Part shown: positions 30,511-40,897 of the stretch, piece by piece
Position numbering within the stretch: position 1 is the first letter of the stretch
How the letters are laid out: the number at the start of each line of letters is the position of its first letter
Assembly (NCBI GenBank): GCA_963700285.1
Contig: CAVOXA010000010.1
Coordinates: forward strand, 1,088,001 to 1,152,000
Reading direction: 5' to 3'
Length of the DNA: 64,000 bases
From: an uncultured Chloroflexia bacterium
Lineage (GTDB): Bacteria; Chloroflexota; Anaerolineae; JAAYZQ01
Notes under the pieces: generated by a model
Database searches by the model: none
What the model saw: only the letters and a program-made list of their open reading frames with translations
What the model was told of the DNA's origin: nothing
Program-made: the position numbers and the translations under genes

Positions 30511-31707
30511 TCATCCATCCTTCGTCTGTCGCCGGTCGCCTACGGTTTTCCGTCCTCCCAACTGCCAGCGCGCTGTAGCTGCAATCAGACGCCGCCCCAC
30601 GCCCTCATAGCTTGACCGTCCCGCAAAGATATCCACAAAATGGCGGATTGTCTCCGGGTTGCGCAGGCCCAGATTGACGCACAGCTTGGGCCAGCGATAA
30701 TACAAGTTGGCAGTCAGCCCAGCTGTGGCCAGGCTATGGCCGATCTCCTGCCAAACCGCCGCTTCGTAGCCCGACAGGTCGTCGCCGACGATGGCCTCCG
30801 ATGCCAACCGGGCGCTGGCCATGGCATAGCGAATGCCCTCACCGATGAGGGGATCAACCAAGCCCGCCGCATCCCCAACCAACAAGCACCGTCGGCTGGA
30901 CAGCTTCTCTTGAGGCTGACCATGCCATAGGGGCCAGGGTGGAGCCTGGTAGCAGGGGAGCGGATGGCCATAGAACTCCTCGCCGTGCAGATTGATGCCA
31001 AGTCGCTCCAACTCACTCCGCAGTGCCGGACGCAAATCGACACGCCCAGGACAGAAACGGGCAATGCCCACTGACAATGTCTCTCCCTTAGGAAAGACCC
31101 AGGCATAACCCCACGGGATCGCGCCCAGGGAAAAGATCGCCCGGCTGCCGTACTCGGCTCGCAGAGACCGGTCACCGTTTAGTGGGATTTCGGCCTCCAA
31201 CGTGCCTCCCAATTGCTGGTTCCGTCGCAGGCCCAGACACCGGGCCACCGTCGAAGCTGCACCATCGGCCGCTACGACGTATCGGGCAGTGATCTTGCGC
31301 TCGCCTACCTGAACCTGTACCGCGCCACCGGCTTCGGTCACACCCGTCACGGCTTGACCAGCCAGCACCTCTGCATCCGAGCGGCCCAACAGGTAGGCAT
31401 CAAACTCACTGCGCAGGACCATGGCAATGGGCCGCTCAGGCAAAGGCGCGTCCACCGGCGGCAAACCAGGAAAAGTCAGACGGACCTTGTCCGGCGCAGC
31501 CCTGATCACGCCTTCAAAGGAGAAAGGGAACCGATCCAGGGTTGAGCGCGGGATCGCCCCGCCGCAGGCCTTGTAGCGTGGCAGGCGAGCCCTGTCCACG
31601 ACCAGCACCCCAAGTCCGGCCTGTCCCAGGTAATAGGCGGACGCTGCCCCTCCAGCTCCTGCCCCAACGACGACAACGTCAAAGTCGGCGCGTTTCATGC
31701 CTTCCAT
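30511..31707 (-). CDS. Geranylgeranyl reductase-family FAD oxidoreductase
   Basis: VVGAGAGG, PRYKACGG, AADG, GYAWVFPK, VGDAAGLVDPLIGEGI. Confidence 0.9.
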   Translation of the reverse strand: MEGMKRADFDVVVVGAGAGGAASAYYLGQAGLGVLVVDRARLPRYKACGGAIPRSTLDRFPFSFEGVIRAAPDKVRLTFPGLPPVDAPLPERPIAMVLRSEFDAYLLGRSDAEVLAGQAVTGVTEAGGAVQVQVGERKITARYVVAADGAASTVARCLGLRRNQQLGGTLEAEIPLNGDRSLRAEYGSRAIFSLGAIPWGYAWVFPKGETLSVGIARFCPGRVDLRPALRSELERLGINLHGEEFYGHPLPCYQAPPWPLWHGQPQEKLSSRRCLLVGDAAGLVDPLIGEGIRYAMASARLASEAIVGDDLSGYEAAVWQEIGHSLATAGLTANLYYRWPKLCVNLGLRNPETIRHFVDIFAGRSSYEGVGRRLIAATARWQLGGRKTVGDRRQTKDG

Positions 31708-31874
31708 CCACGACTATCGTCCGGCCTCCCCAGGCTGCATGCAACTGCTCTCACATACAAAGTGGCCTGCGACTGCGCGCTCCTGCAGCACCGCATAGAA
31801 GGAAGGGCAAGGGGTCACGGGCAAGGCGCATCAGAGATCGATTGGGAACAGAATGACCGGGACGACCTCAGAGA

Positions 31875-32657
31875 TCATCGCTGGCCGTACAGGCCCTTGA
31901 GCTGGTTCCGTTTCACGCGAGTGACCTCCTGAGCCATTTGCATCGATTCGGTCATATAGCGAGCTAGATCTCCCCCCTGGCTCTTTGTAACGCTTTCGTC
32001 ACGATTGCTCCAAAGGACTTGGACTTCTTTGATCCTGTAACCAGCTCTGTCGACCAGATGCAGGAACTCGACGTCATAGGCCGTGACCTTCCAGCCAGCC
32101 GGCTTTTCCTCCTGTCTTAGAAACTCGAGGTAAGGAAAGATCTCTAATGCCACCTGACGACGACACAGCTTGAAACCACATTGCGTGTCGACAATGTCCC
32201 GCAGCAGGAAGACGCGCCGAAGGGACAGAAAGACAAAACTGCCGGTCTTTCTCACCAGGGAAGAACCTTCACGCGTGATGTTTCGGGAGCCTATGACTAC
32301 GTCAAAGCCCTCTCCAGACCAGGGCAAAAGTTTCTCCAGTTCGCTGATCGGCGTGGACTGGTCCATGTCCGTGAAGAGAAGGGTCTCGCCCTCTGCTTGC
32401 TGAATCCCAGCCCACAGGGCCGCTGGTTTTCCGCCGTGAGGGATGTCCACCAGAGCAAACCCCTTTTTCTCCTGGATGCTCTGCTCAACCAGGCTTCGAC
32501 TGTTGTCGGTGGATTCATCGTTGACGACGATCACTTCCCAGGGAAACGCCTGCGCCGCTAGGTACTGGTCCACTTCTTCCAGTACCCCTCGTTCCAGGTT
32601 CTTTTCTTCGTTGTAGCATGGGATGATAACCGACAGGAACGGTTGAGTGTCTGCCAC
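31875..32657 (-). CDS. GT2 glycosyltransferase (polyprenyl-phosphate glycosyltransferase-like)
   Basis: LSVIIPCYNE, VNDESTD, FTDMD, GSR, DTQCGFK. Confidence 0.9.
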   Translation of the reverse strand: MADTQPFLSVIIPCYNEEKNLERGVLEEVDQYLAAQAFPWEVIVVNDESTDNSRSLVEQSIQEKKGFALVDIPHGGKPAALWAGIQQAEGETLLFTDMDQSTPISELEKLLPWSGEGFDVVIGSRNITREGSSLVRKTGSFVFLSLRRVFLLRDIVDTQCGFKLCRRQVALEIFPYLEFLRQEEKPAGWKVTAYDVEFLHLVDRAGYRIKEVQVLWSNRDESVTKSQGGDLARYMTESMQMAQEVTRVKRNQLKGLYGQR

Positions 32658-32880
32658 TTGAGCGTATCCCCTTCTGGCAAGATACATGCCATCGAAACAA
32701 TGATACATGCTCCGGCCTACTTTGTCAACCGTATGCCAGAGCCAAGATCACATAAGCCCTGGAAACATATGGGCAGTCCGGATGCCCCAGGGCCAACAAC
32801 AAAAGGATCTAGGCGTCACGGCCCAGTATGGGCCCGAGCTGCAAAGTGTCTGCCGGGCATCTCACCCTGACATTGAGGGA

Positions 32881-34575
32881 TCAACCGTGGGCTTCCCCAT
32901 CGGGCGGCGGCAGGTAGCCCAGGGACCACAGTACTTTGCGCAGGCGAGGCAGGTCGCGCTTATGGACAAAGGCAGTGGACGGTGTCACAACCTGGGCGAT
33001 GAGCCCCCGAGTTTCGGGCAGCACCGAGAGATCCCTCAGAACCCGCTCGTTCTTCACCCTCAGAAGTACAACCTCCTCCAATTCTACCTGGCCAAACCTA
33101 CCGGCCCATAGGCGGAGCTGGCCCGCCAGATTGACGGGGATTTGCTTCCCACTGGCCAGTTGCAGAAAAGCCAGCACCTGCTCAACCTGGATATCCCGGG
33201 CCAGCGCCCGGCCCAAGCTCCCGACCGTCAGGATGTACCGGCAGGGCTCCTCGCACGCCAATTCCGCGAAACGTTCCAGTTGAAAACGCGTATATAGATT
33301 GGCCGGCGCTGGCACATCGACATGGAAGTCAGGATGAACGACGATAGGAGGCGAGGCTGATTCCTCTGGCTCGTAGGGCACCAAACCCAGGAAACGGGTC
33401 CCTGCCTCCGTGAGGCGACATGACGTTTGAGAATCGTCCGTGACTGTGGCCACGATATCCAACCAGCGAATCGGCTCAGCAAGCAAGTTCGTGATGAGAG
33501 CCCCTTCCACGTGGTCCCACGACCCAAAGCCGGAGAGATAGTCTCCACTGGCAGCATCCCGTATGTACCATCTCGTATAGTCACTATCGGGCCGCTGAAA
33601 GTCGGGGTGAGTCTCTTTGACCGCCTTCACGAACGAGTCCAGCGACCACCAGGCATGCTGGGGGCAGTGGGCTAGCAGCGAGAGAAAGGCCTTTCGGGTT
33701 GCGACAACATCGTATCGAAGATGCCAGCCGGTCTCTAGATCGCACACCAGGCTGGGCACGTGGCATAGATCATTCCAGGTGGGATCATCACGCCAGGCTT
33801 CTTGCAGTGCCCTTACTTGACAGGCCGGCGATGCACTCAGCCAGCGTTTGACCGGCGCTCTTGCTAGACTCAGGAATTCACCCTGACGGGAGACAAAACC
33901 CATCCTTCCGGCCAGGTGCAACAGGAGAGTCAGGCGGCGCTCATCGCCATCGGTCAACCGCCTACGAAGGCTGGCTACCTCGCCACGCCCAAGACGGCCA
34001 TCAGCATAGGTCTGCACATCGTGGGACTGAAGATGGACTAGGTAGGAGAACATATCTCGGACCAGGGATGATCCACCCTTCGGATCGTGGGCCGGCGGGG
34101 GAACCGTCTCGACAACAAGGCTTTCCTCAACGCGTTGGGGTTGGGGCAGCAGAAGGAGCAGGTCTTGGGGAACATGGACAAACTCGGCCGGTCCAGCCTT
34201 TCCTTCGGCAAAAGCACGGAAGCTGAACCCTGCGTACCAGAGTTCTTCGGCCGGATTGGCAGGGTCCTGCCACAGCGTCTCTCGTTCCAGGCGCCCTGGG
34301 CCGATAGGCCTTACCTGCCCAAAACGCCGGGCAAACTGTGGAGCGAGCATCCGACCACCAGCCGCCAACAGCGCATCCAGAGCTTGGCGCCCCTCTGGGC
34401 TGAGGCGGGCCAGTGCCGATCTCACCGACAGCGGCTCAAGCAGGGCTGTAGCCAACTGGTCAACAGCCTCGATCTGCCGATTGGTGGTCAAAGTTGCACC
34501 CCGGTTGTGGGCCAGAGCACGCAGCATATTCATGTCATAGTCAATCAGGAAGCGATGCAGTTGGTACATCCGCAA
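32881..34575 (-). CDS. XPB/Ssl2 helicase-associated domain protein (no helicase core)
   Basis: C-terminal ...RFQLERFAE...SLGRAL..FL...IPVNL..LRLW..RFG pattern; no Walker motifs. Confidence 0.7.
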   Translation of the reverse strand: MRMYQLHRFLIDYDMNMLRALAHNRGATLTTNRQIEAVDQLATALLEPLSVRSALARLSPEGRQALDALLAAGGRMLAPQFARRFGQVRPIGPGRLERETLWQDPANPAEELWYAGFSFRAFAEGKAGPAEFVHVPQDLLLLLPQPQRVEESLVVETVPPPAHDPKGGSSLVRDMFSYLVHLQSHDVQTYADGRLGRGEVASLRRRLTDGDERRLTLLLHLAGRMGFVSRQGEFLSLARAPVKRWLSASPACQVRALQEAWRDDPTWNDLCHVPSLVCDLETGWHLRYDVVATRKAFLSLLAHCPQHAWWSLDSFVKAVKETHPDFQRPDSDYTRWYIRDAASGDYLSGFGSWDHVEGALITNLLAEPIRWLDIVATVTDDSQTSCRLTEAGTRFLGLVPYEPEESASPPIVVHPDFHVDVPAPANLYTRFQLERFAELACEEPCRYILTVGSLGRALARDIQVEQVLAFLQLASGKQIPVNLAGQLRLWAGRFGQVELEEVVLLRVKNERVLRDLSVLPETRGLIAQVVTPSTAFVHKRDLPRLRKVLWSLGYLPPPDGEAHG

Positions 34576-34587
34576 GAGTCCTCATTC

Positions 34588-34616
34588 TTGCCAAAACATC
34601 CAGGCGTATGTATAAT
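34588..34616 (+). promoter_or_regulatory. Sigma70 promoter
   Basis: TTGCCA-17 bp-TATAAT. Confidence 0.65.
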
Positions 34617-34697
34617 GGCGCCCATGTGTCGTCTGAGCGAAACGGGGCAATTCGCCCGCTCCTTCATCCGACCCGTGGGCGCGTCAGGAGGTACTTT

Positions 34698-35087
34698 GTG
34701 AACAACTACTCATCAGAGTCTGATCTACAGCAGACAGCGGGCACCTTTGGCGGTCTGTTCAAGCAAGCCCGGTTGGGATGGCGATTGCTGCACGATGGCC
34801 GCGTCCCTGGCTGGATCAAGTTGATTCCTTTCGCAGCCTTTCTCTACTTTTTGTCACCCATCGATCTGATCCCCGATATGATGCTGCCCGGCCTAGGTGA
34901 AATAGATGACATAGTGGTACTCTTGCTTGCGCTCAAGGCCTTTGTGGATCTCAGCCCGCCGGGCGTCGTCCGCGAACACATGCAAGATCTGTTGGGTCGA
35001 AAAGAGAGCACATACTCCGAAGACGAACCAGCTACCGGGCCCACCATAGAAGGAGCTTATCGCATCATCGAGCCAGACACGGAATAG
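34698..35087 (+). CDS. DUF1232/YkvA-family membrane protein
   Basis: D.RVP..K...YFLSPIDLIPD..PGLGEIDD; GTG after AGGAGG. Confidence 0.88.
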   Translation: MNNYSSESDLQQTAGTFGGLFKQARLGWRLLHDGRVPGWIKLIPFAAFLYFLSPIDLIPDMMLPGLGEIDDIVVLLLALKAFVDLSPPGVVREHMQDLLGRKESTYSEDEPATGPTIEGAYRIIEPDTE

Positions 35088-35179
35088 AACACCGCTTGGG
35101 CCACTGGTACAAGTTGTGGGATCTCTCCCAACTTTTGCTGTGTCACGAGCCACATCCTGCAAAGTAACAAGGGAGACCT

Positions 35180-35884
35180 ATGAGCGACACACGATATCGC
35201 CTACCCAACGAGGTGGCAAACCAACTGCAAATATCACCTTCCACGCTGCGTAGGTGGTCCAACGAATTCACAGATTACCTGTCGGACATGGCTGGCCGCC
35301 CCCAGCCGGAAGCCGGGGGACAAGCCGCCCACCGCCGCTACACCGACGACGACCTGGAAACACTCATGACCATCAAGGGCCTGCTGGCCGAGGGCTTGAC
35401 CTACATCCAGGTCGGCAGGCGACTGGAAGCGCTGCGTCTGCGCCAGGACGCTGGCAACGTGGTCGAGGAACAAGACGGCTCTCAAGTCACGATTCTTGGA
35501 CCGTCGCTTCAGCAACCGTTCACCGTCGCCCCAGCAGTGGCGGTCCTGGCCGACACCCTCCACACCGTTGCTGATGGCCAGCAGATGTTGTTGGGCAGCC
35601 AACAAGCCAACCGTGATCTTCTGACCGTCGTGCTTCAGGACAATTTTAGCCTCAAAGAGGAAAATGGCAAGTTGCGGGACCGGATGCTCGAGTTGGAGCG
35701 TGACCTGGCCGAGATACGCCGGCTGGACGCCACACGGCGCGAAACCCTGGGCGCCCGACTACAGGAACTGGAGAACCAGGTTCGCCAACAGGCTTCCCAA
35801 GTCAATCGCCCCCAGCCCACAACGCCCAAGGAATCCAGCAAGCGACCTGGCTGCCTTTCCCAGATCTTTGGCCCGATGGGCTAG
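35180..35884 (+). CDS. MerR-type HTH protein with coiled coil and short amphipathic C-terminus
   Basis: EVANQLQISPSTLRRWS...HRRYTDDDL; heptad region; ends GCLSQIFG. Confidence 0.8.
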   Translation: MSDTRYRLPNEVANQLQISPSTLRRWSNEFTDYLSDMAGRPQPEAGGQAAHRRYTDDDLETLMTIKGLLAEGLTYIQVGRRLEALRLRQDAGNVVEEQDGSQVTILGPSLQQPFTVAPAVAVLADTLHTVADGQQMLLGSQQANRDLLTVVLQDNFSLKEENGKLRDRMLELERDLAEIRRLDATRRETLGARLQELENQVRQQASQVNRPQPTTPKESSKRPGCLSQIFGPMG

Positions 35885-37212
35885 GCACCAGGGAGCATCT
35901 CGCCGATTAGATCATACTCCATCGCGCCACTGATGCGCACCGGCACCATCGCACCCACAGAAACGTCGCCTGGCAGCAAGACCAGACCATCGACCTCCGG
36001 CGCATCCCGATAGGATCGCCCCACACTCAAACCGTCCCCCTTCCCCTCCACCAATACATCCAGCGTACGTCCCACCTGGCTCTGGTTCTGTTCCAGGGAT
36101 ATTGGCTGCTGTAAGGCCATCAAACGATCATGCCGCTCTGCCCTGACTTCGGCTGGTACAGGATCGGTCAGAGCAGTGGCTGCGGTCCCATCTTCAGGGG
36201 AAAAGGTGAATACACCGACCCGGTCGAAGCGACTCTCGGCTGCAAACTCGAGGAGCGCCTGGAATTCCTCCTCTGTTTCCCCTGGATAGCCAACAATGAA
36301 GGACGTGCGTAAGGCTATGTCAGGCATAGCAGCCCGAAGGTCGGCAATGAGTCTCCTGGTGCGGTCTGTCTTGGAAGGGCGCTTCATGCGCCGCAGGACA
36401 TCAGGATGAGCATGCTGCAGTGGTAGGTCAAGGTAGTTGCAGAAACGCGCGTCACCGGCCATGACCTCGATCAGGCGGGGGCTTGCGTGCCCTGGATAAG
36501 CATACATCAACCTCAGCCAGCCCAGATCCGGGACAGCGTCCAGGATTTTCTGCGCCAGGTCTGGCAGAGCGTCCCCTTCGCCCCTGTCACGACCATAGGC
36601 AGTCGTATCTTGGGCAATGAGGATGATCTCCTTGACCCCCTGCCGGACGAGATGGGTGGCATCGTCGACCACTTCCCCCGGCGGCCGGCTGACCGCAGGA
36701 CCCTTGATGCGTGGAATGGCACAGAATGCGCAGGGCGCGCTGCAACCATCGGCAATTTTGAGATAGGCTGAAGCACCCTGGCTGGCAGTGCGCGGGCCGC
36801 TGCCGTCCGCCGCGAGGATCGGCTCGCCAGGCAAGGATAGGTAGCTCTTGGGTTTCGGGCCTCGAGCATCCTGGAGATCTTGAACCAGCGTCCCTATCTC
36901 ATTCCAGCGGCGCGTACCCAGGAGTGCGTCGAGGCCGGGTACAACCTCGGCCAGTGACTCCCCCCACCGTTGAGACAGGCACCCAGCAGCGATAAGCACC
37001 TGGTCCGGGCGCTTTTGGCGGGCCAGCTGCCTCAACTCGCCTATTGATTCTTGGCGGGCATCCTCGATAAAACCACAGGTGTTCACAATGAGTACTTGGG
37101 CTTGTTGTGGATCATCGACTGGCTGGTGTCCCAGGTGTTTGAGCAGCCGAGCCATCCCCTGGGCATCTACCAGATTCTTGGGGCAACCAAGTGACTCGAG
37201 ATAGTAGTTCAT
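35881..37212 (-). CDS. rimO: Ribosomal protein S12 methylthiotransferase
   Basis: SLGCPKNLVD, VNTCGFI, YLKIADGCSAPCAFCAIP, C-terminal TRAM DAPEVDG. Confidence 0.95.
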   Translation of the reverse strand: MNYYLESLGCPKNLVDAQGMARLLKHLGHQPVDDPQQAQVLIVNTCGFIEDARQESIGELRQLARQKRPDQVLIAAGCLSQRWGESLAEVVPGLDALLGTRRWNEIGTLVQDLQDARGPKPKSYLSLPGEPILAADGSGPRTASQGASAYLKIADGCSAPCAFCAIPRIKGPAVSRPPGEVVDDATHLVRQGVKEIILIAQDTTAYGRDRGEGDALPDLAQKILDAVPDLGWLRLMYAYPGHASPRLIEVMAGDARFCNYLDLPLQHAHPDVLRRMKRPSKTDRTRRLIADLRAAMPDIALRTSFIVGYPGETEEEFQALLEFAAESRFDRVGVFTFSPEDGTAATALTDPVPAEVRAERHDRLMALQQPISLEQNQSQVGRTLDVLVEGKGDGLSVGRSYRDAPEVDGLVLLPGDVSVGAMVPVRISGAMEYDLIGEMLPGA

Positions 37213-37269
37213 GACTTGAGTCCTGTCTAGCCATACGGTTACGGTTAGCGACAGACCGTATGGAGTTAC

Positions 37270-37298
37270 AGTGTACCACGGGCAGAAGGGCTTGTCAA
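37270..37298 (-). promoter_or_regulatory. Sigma70 promoter of rimO
   Basis: TTGACA-17 bp-TACACT with extended TG. Confidence 0.65.
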
Positions 37299-37439
37299 AG
37301 CCTGGCGGACCTGCACAAGTAAGCGTCTCACGCGGGGGACACAAATATGGGAAGAAAGTGCCTGAAAGGAGCTTGAGCGTTAGCAAAAGGCCGAAAGGCG
37401 AGGCTGACGGCTGCCCATTGGCCCCAGCCGTTTCTGCGC

Positions 37440-38112
37440 AGCTTGCTTGTAGCCGTGCTATGGTCTCTGAGTGGACGTCAGGGGCCAGCCATGGTCATCG
37501 GCTGGCCCTGGTTGCTGTGGCTGTGGCAGGTGGTGGCCCTTGCCGATGTCCAGGCCCTGATTCGAGAGGCAGACATCGAACTGGCCCGCCGTTCAAGGCG
37601 CTGCCCTGGCTACTGCGGGTGGAACAGGTCCTCTTTGGCAACTGGGAAACAGTCGAGGAGGACACGATCCGCTGCTCTCAATGCCGCTCGACGCATATTG
37701 CGCGCAAGAGCCGCAAGGGGCGAATGAAAAAGTTCTACGCTGCCCAGGGCATCCTGCAAGGGGTGCTGGTGTACCGTTACTACTGTCGCAACTCGGCAGG
37801 AAGAGCACATCCAGCGAGCCTGCGCTCCAGTGGGTTTATGACTTCTTGGAACACCATTGGCCTTATCTGGTCAACTCCATTGGGAGTACGCTGATCCCGG
37901 CCACAAATAATGCCGTGGAAAGAGTCATCCGGCGCCTTGACCAGCACTACCAGAACTTCTGCGGCTTTGAGTCTTTCGACACAGCCAGCGTGTACCTGGC
38001 TGGCCGGATACGACCTCAGCCGGGTGCCGATGACCTGCCTATGCCGGGGACTCGGCCTGCAATGGCCACTCACATCCGAAACGGCAGATGTCCCCAGCCT
38101 GTGACGGTTCCC
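37440..38112 (+). mobile_element. Degraded, internally deleted transposase remnant
   Basis: Fragments in different frames: Zn ribbon CSQC...YRYYCRN, IPATNNAVERVIRR (DDE-like third acidic residue), HYQNFCGFES, AGYDL. Confidence 0.6.
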
Positions 38113-38269
38113 TGCCCCTGATTGCTCCCCTGCTCTGTTGTGTGGTATAATCAGCGCTACGAGTTCTCTGGAGGGTTGATATACCCTATCAACCGCTGTA
38201 GCAGGCTGCCAGGATTCATTTTTCGTCATCGCGGAATCCCTCAGCCCTTTTGACACGACAAGGGAGTCC

Positions 38270-40894
38270 ATGGGCGTGCAACTGATCCTGACGCACGAAA
38301 ACACCGATTTCGATGGTCTGGCTTCGCAACTGGCGGCCTGGAAGCTCTACTCCCCGGCCCAACCTGTGCTGCCCCGCCGCCCCAACCGCAACCTGCGCGA
38401 CTTTCTGACCCTGTACTGGGACGAACTCCCCTACGTGCGGCACGAGGATCTGCCCCGGCGCATGGAGGTGGAGCGCATCATTTTGGTGGATACCCAGACT
38501 CTGGTGACCCCCAAGGGCATGACCGGCGACACCGCTGTCCAGATCGTCGATCATCACCCCCTCAGCCGCGAGCTGCCGCCCAACTGGATTTATACTGGCG
38601 AGGCAGTAGGGGCCACCGTCACCCTTCTTCTGGAGCGGATCATCGCTGCCAGGGCCTCCCTCACGCCGGTGGAGGCCACACTACTTGCCCTGGGCATCTA
38701 TGAGGACACCGGCTCTCTGGCCTATCCCACCACCACGGTCCGTGATCTGCGCTGCGCCACCTGGCTGGCGGAGCATGGGGCCAACCTGGCCGTCGTCAGC
38801 GATTTCCTGCACCATGCTCTCACCGAGCAGCAGTTGGCCCTCTACGATGCGCTGCTGGACAGCGCCGAAGCAGTCGATTTTTCCGGACATAGCGTCATCA
38901 TTGCCACGGCCACCGCCGAGGGCTATGTGGAAGAGATCTCTACCCTGGCCCACAAGATCCGCGACTTGTATGACCCGGTCGGGCTGTTCCTTCTGGTAGA
39001 CCTGGGCGAACACCTGCAATTGGTGGCCCGTTCCACGACCGACGCCGTAGACGTGGGCCACATCGCCGATCACTTTGGCGGCGGCGGCCACAGCCGGGCT
39101 GCCGCGGCGCTCGTCCGCGAGATGGATCTTGAGGCTGCTCACCAGCAGCTCATTGACTTTTTGGAACGGCACATCCACCCCAGCCAGACCGTGGACCAGA
39201 TCATGTCCCACGGCGTCCACACCCTCCCTCCCCAGACCACCGTGGACCAGGCCGCGGAAGAGATGCTGAAATATGGGTTTGAGGGCTTTCCCATCGTCGA
39301 CGACAAGGGCCAGATCTTGGGCATCCTGACCCGCCGCGAGATCGATAGGGCCAGGCGCCTGCACCTGGGCAGTATGCCCGTGAATCACTATATGACCAAG
39401 GGCAACATCCACGTCACGCCCACGGATTCAGTGGAACGTCTGCAGCAGGTGATGACCCAATTCAGCGTCGGCCAGGTACCGGTGGTGGCGAGAGAAAAGA
39501 ACGAAAGCTCCGGGGAGATTATTGGCGTGGTCACTCGTACCGACTTGATCAAGTTGTGGACCGTGCCGCCCCGCCAGGCGCCGCGCCGGCGCGAGATTGC
39601 GCAAAAGATTGAGGGTGCCTTGCCCGGGCCCCTTCTTGACCTGCTGAAGCAAGCCAGCCAACTGGCTCAGGAGATGGGCTATCCTCTATATGTGGTAGGC
39701 GGCTTTGTGCGCGACCTCTTACTTGGGGAACCGACCCTCGACATGGACCTGGTCGTGGAGGGTGATGCCATCCGGCTGGCCCGGCGGCTAGGCAGAACGG
39801 TGGCTGCCCGCACCCGCAGCCACAGGCGGTTCGGCACGGCCAAGATTATCCTCGAGGGACGCGAGAAGGAGTTTGGCATTCCCTCCCTCGACTTTGCCAC
39901 AGCCAGGCTCGAGTTCTACGAGCACTCGGCCGCCCTGCCCGAGGTGGAGCGCAGTTCCATCAAGGCTGACCTTCACCGCCGCGACTTTACTATCAACACG
40001 CTGGCCATTCGCCTCGACTCGGACCATTATGGCCAACTGCTCGACTTTTATGGGGGCGAGCAGGATCTGGATGCCGGGTTGATCCGGGCCCTACACAGCC
40101 TGAGTTTCATCGAGGATCCAACCCGTATCATGCGTGCGGCGCGCTTTGAACAGCGCCTGGACTTTACTATCGAAGCCCGCACGGCGGAATTGATCGACAA
40201 TGCTTTGCCCATGCTCTCCCGCGTCACGGGAGAACGCATCCGCCACGAACTCTATCTCATCCTCCGTGAGCGAGAACCCGAGCGCGCCCTGTACCGGCTG
40301 GATAATCTGGGTGTGCTGATCCAGATCCAACCCCGCCTATCCTGCCTTGAAGAGACCTGCGGGCTGTTCGCCAGCTTGCGCGAGACCATCGCTCAAGGGT
40401 ATTGGAACGTCCCACCGGCTGAGAACGGCTGCCCGGAGCCAGGTCTCTACCTGGCCCTGTTGACCTATGGACTGTCGCGCCATGAGATGGAATCATTGGT
40501 CAAACGTCTCAAGATCTTTCGCGGTGACCTGGCCTTGCTTTACCAGGTGTCGGACTTGAAACAGCGTGAGGCGGACCTCCAACAACAAGATCTCTCCAAC
40601 CACGAAATCTATGCCCTGCTGCGCTACAGTAGTACCCCGGCTTTGATGGTCGTGTGGCTGCGTACCGAGTCGGTTCGAGTGCGCGAGCGGCTGTGGTACT
40701 ATGAAACCGAACTGAGACATGTCCAGCCTGAGGTGGATGGCGAGTTTCTCAAGGCCCTGGGCTTGAAGCCGTCGCCTCTCTTTAGCAGATTGCTGCACGC
40801 GGTTCGCGATGCTCGCCTGGACGGTGAGATCGAGACTGTGGAGGAGGAAAAGGCCCTTGTTGCCCGCCTATTGGCAGAGCAGGAAAAGGGCTAG
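38270..40894 (+). CDS. cca: tRNA nucleotidyltransferase (CCA- or A-adding) with DHH/DHHA1 and CBS domains
   Basis: THENTDFD, DHH, GGGH, two CBS repeats, VGGFVRDLLLG..DMD, DLHRRDFTIN, EDPTRIMRAARF. Upstream TGGTATAAT at 38143. Confidence 0.88.
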   Translation: MGVQLILTHENTDFDGLASQLAAWKLYSPAQPVLPRRPNRNLRDFLTLYWDELPYVRHEDLPRRMEVERIILVDTQTLVTPKGMTGDTAVQIVDHHPLSRELPPNWIYTGEAVGATVTLLLERIIAARASLTPVEATLLALGIYEDTGSLAYPTTTVRDLRCATWLAEHGANLAVVSDFLHHALTEQQLALYDALLDSAEAVDFSGHSVIIATATAEGYVEEISTLAHKIRDLYDPVGLFLLVDLGEHLQLVARSTTDAVDVGHIADHFGGGGHSRAAAALVREMDLEAAHQQLIDFLERHIHPSQTVDQIMSHGVHTLPPQTTVDQAAEEMLKYGFEGFPIVDDKGQILGILTRREIDRARRLHLGSMPVNHYMTKGNIHVTPTDSVERLQQVMTQFSVGQVPVVAREKNESSGEIIGVVTRTDLIKLWTVPPRQAPRRREIAQKIEGALPGPLLDLLKQASQLAQEMGYPLYVVGGFVRDLLLGEPTLDMDLVVEGDAIRLARRLGRTVAARTRSHRRFGTAKIILEGREKEFGIPSLDFATARLEFYEHSAALPEVERSSIKADLHRRDFTINTLAIRLDSDHYGQLLDFYGGEQDLDAGLIRALHSLSFIEDPTRIMRAARFEQRLDFTIEARTAELIDNALPMLSRVTGERIRHELYLILREREPERALYRLDNLGVLIQIQPRLSCLEETCGLFASLRETIAQGYWNVPPAENGCPEPGLYLALLTYGLSRHEMESLVKRLKIFRGDLALLYQVSDLKQREADLQQQDLSNHEIYALLRYSSTPALMVVWLRTESVRVRERLWYYETELRHVQPEVDGEFLKALGLKPSPLFSRLLHAVRDARLDGEIETVEEEKALVARLLAEQEKG

Positions 40895-40897
40895 CTG

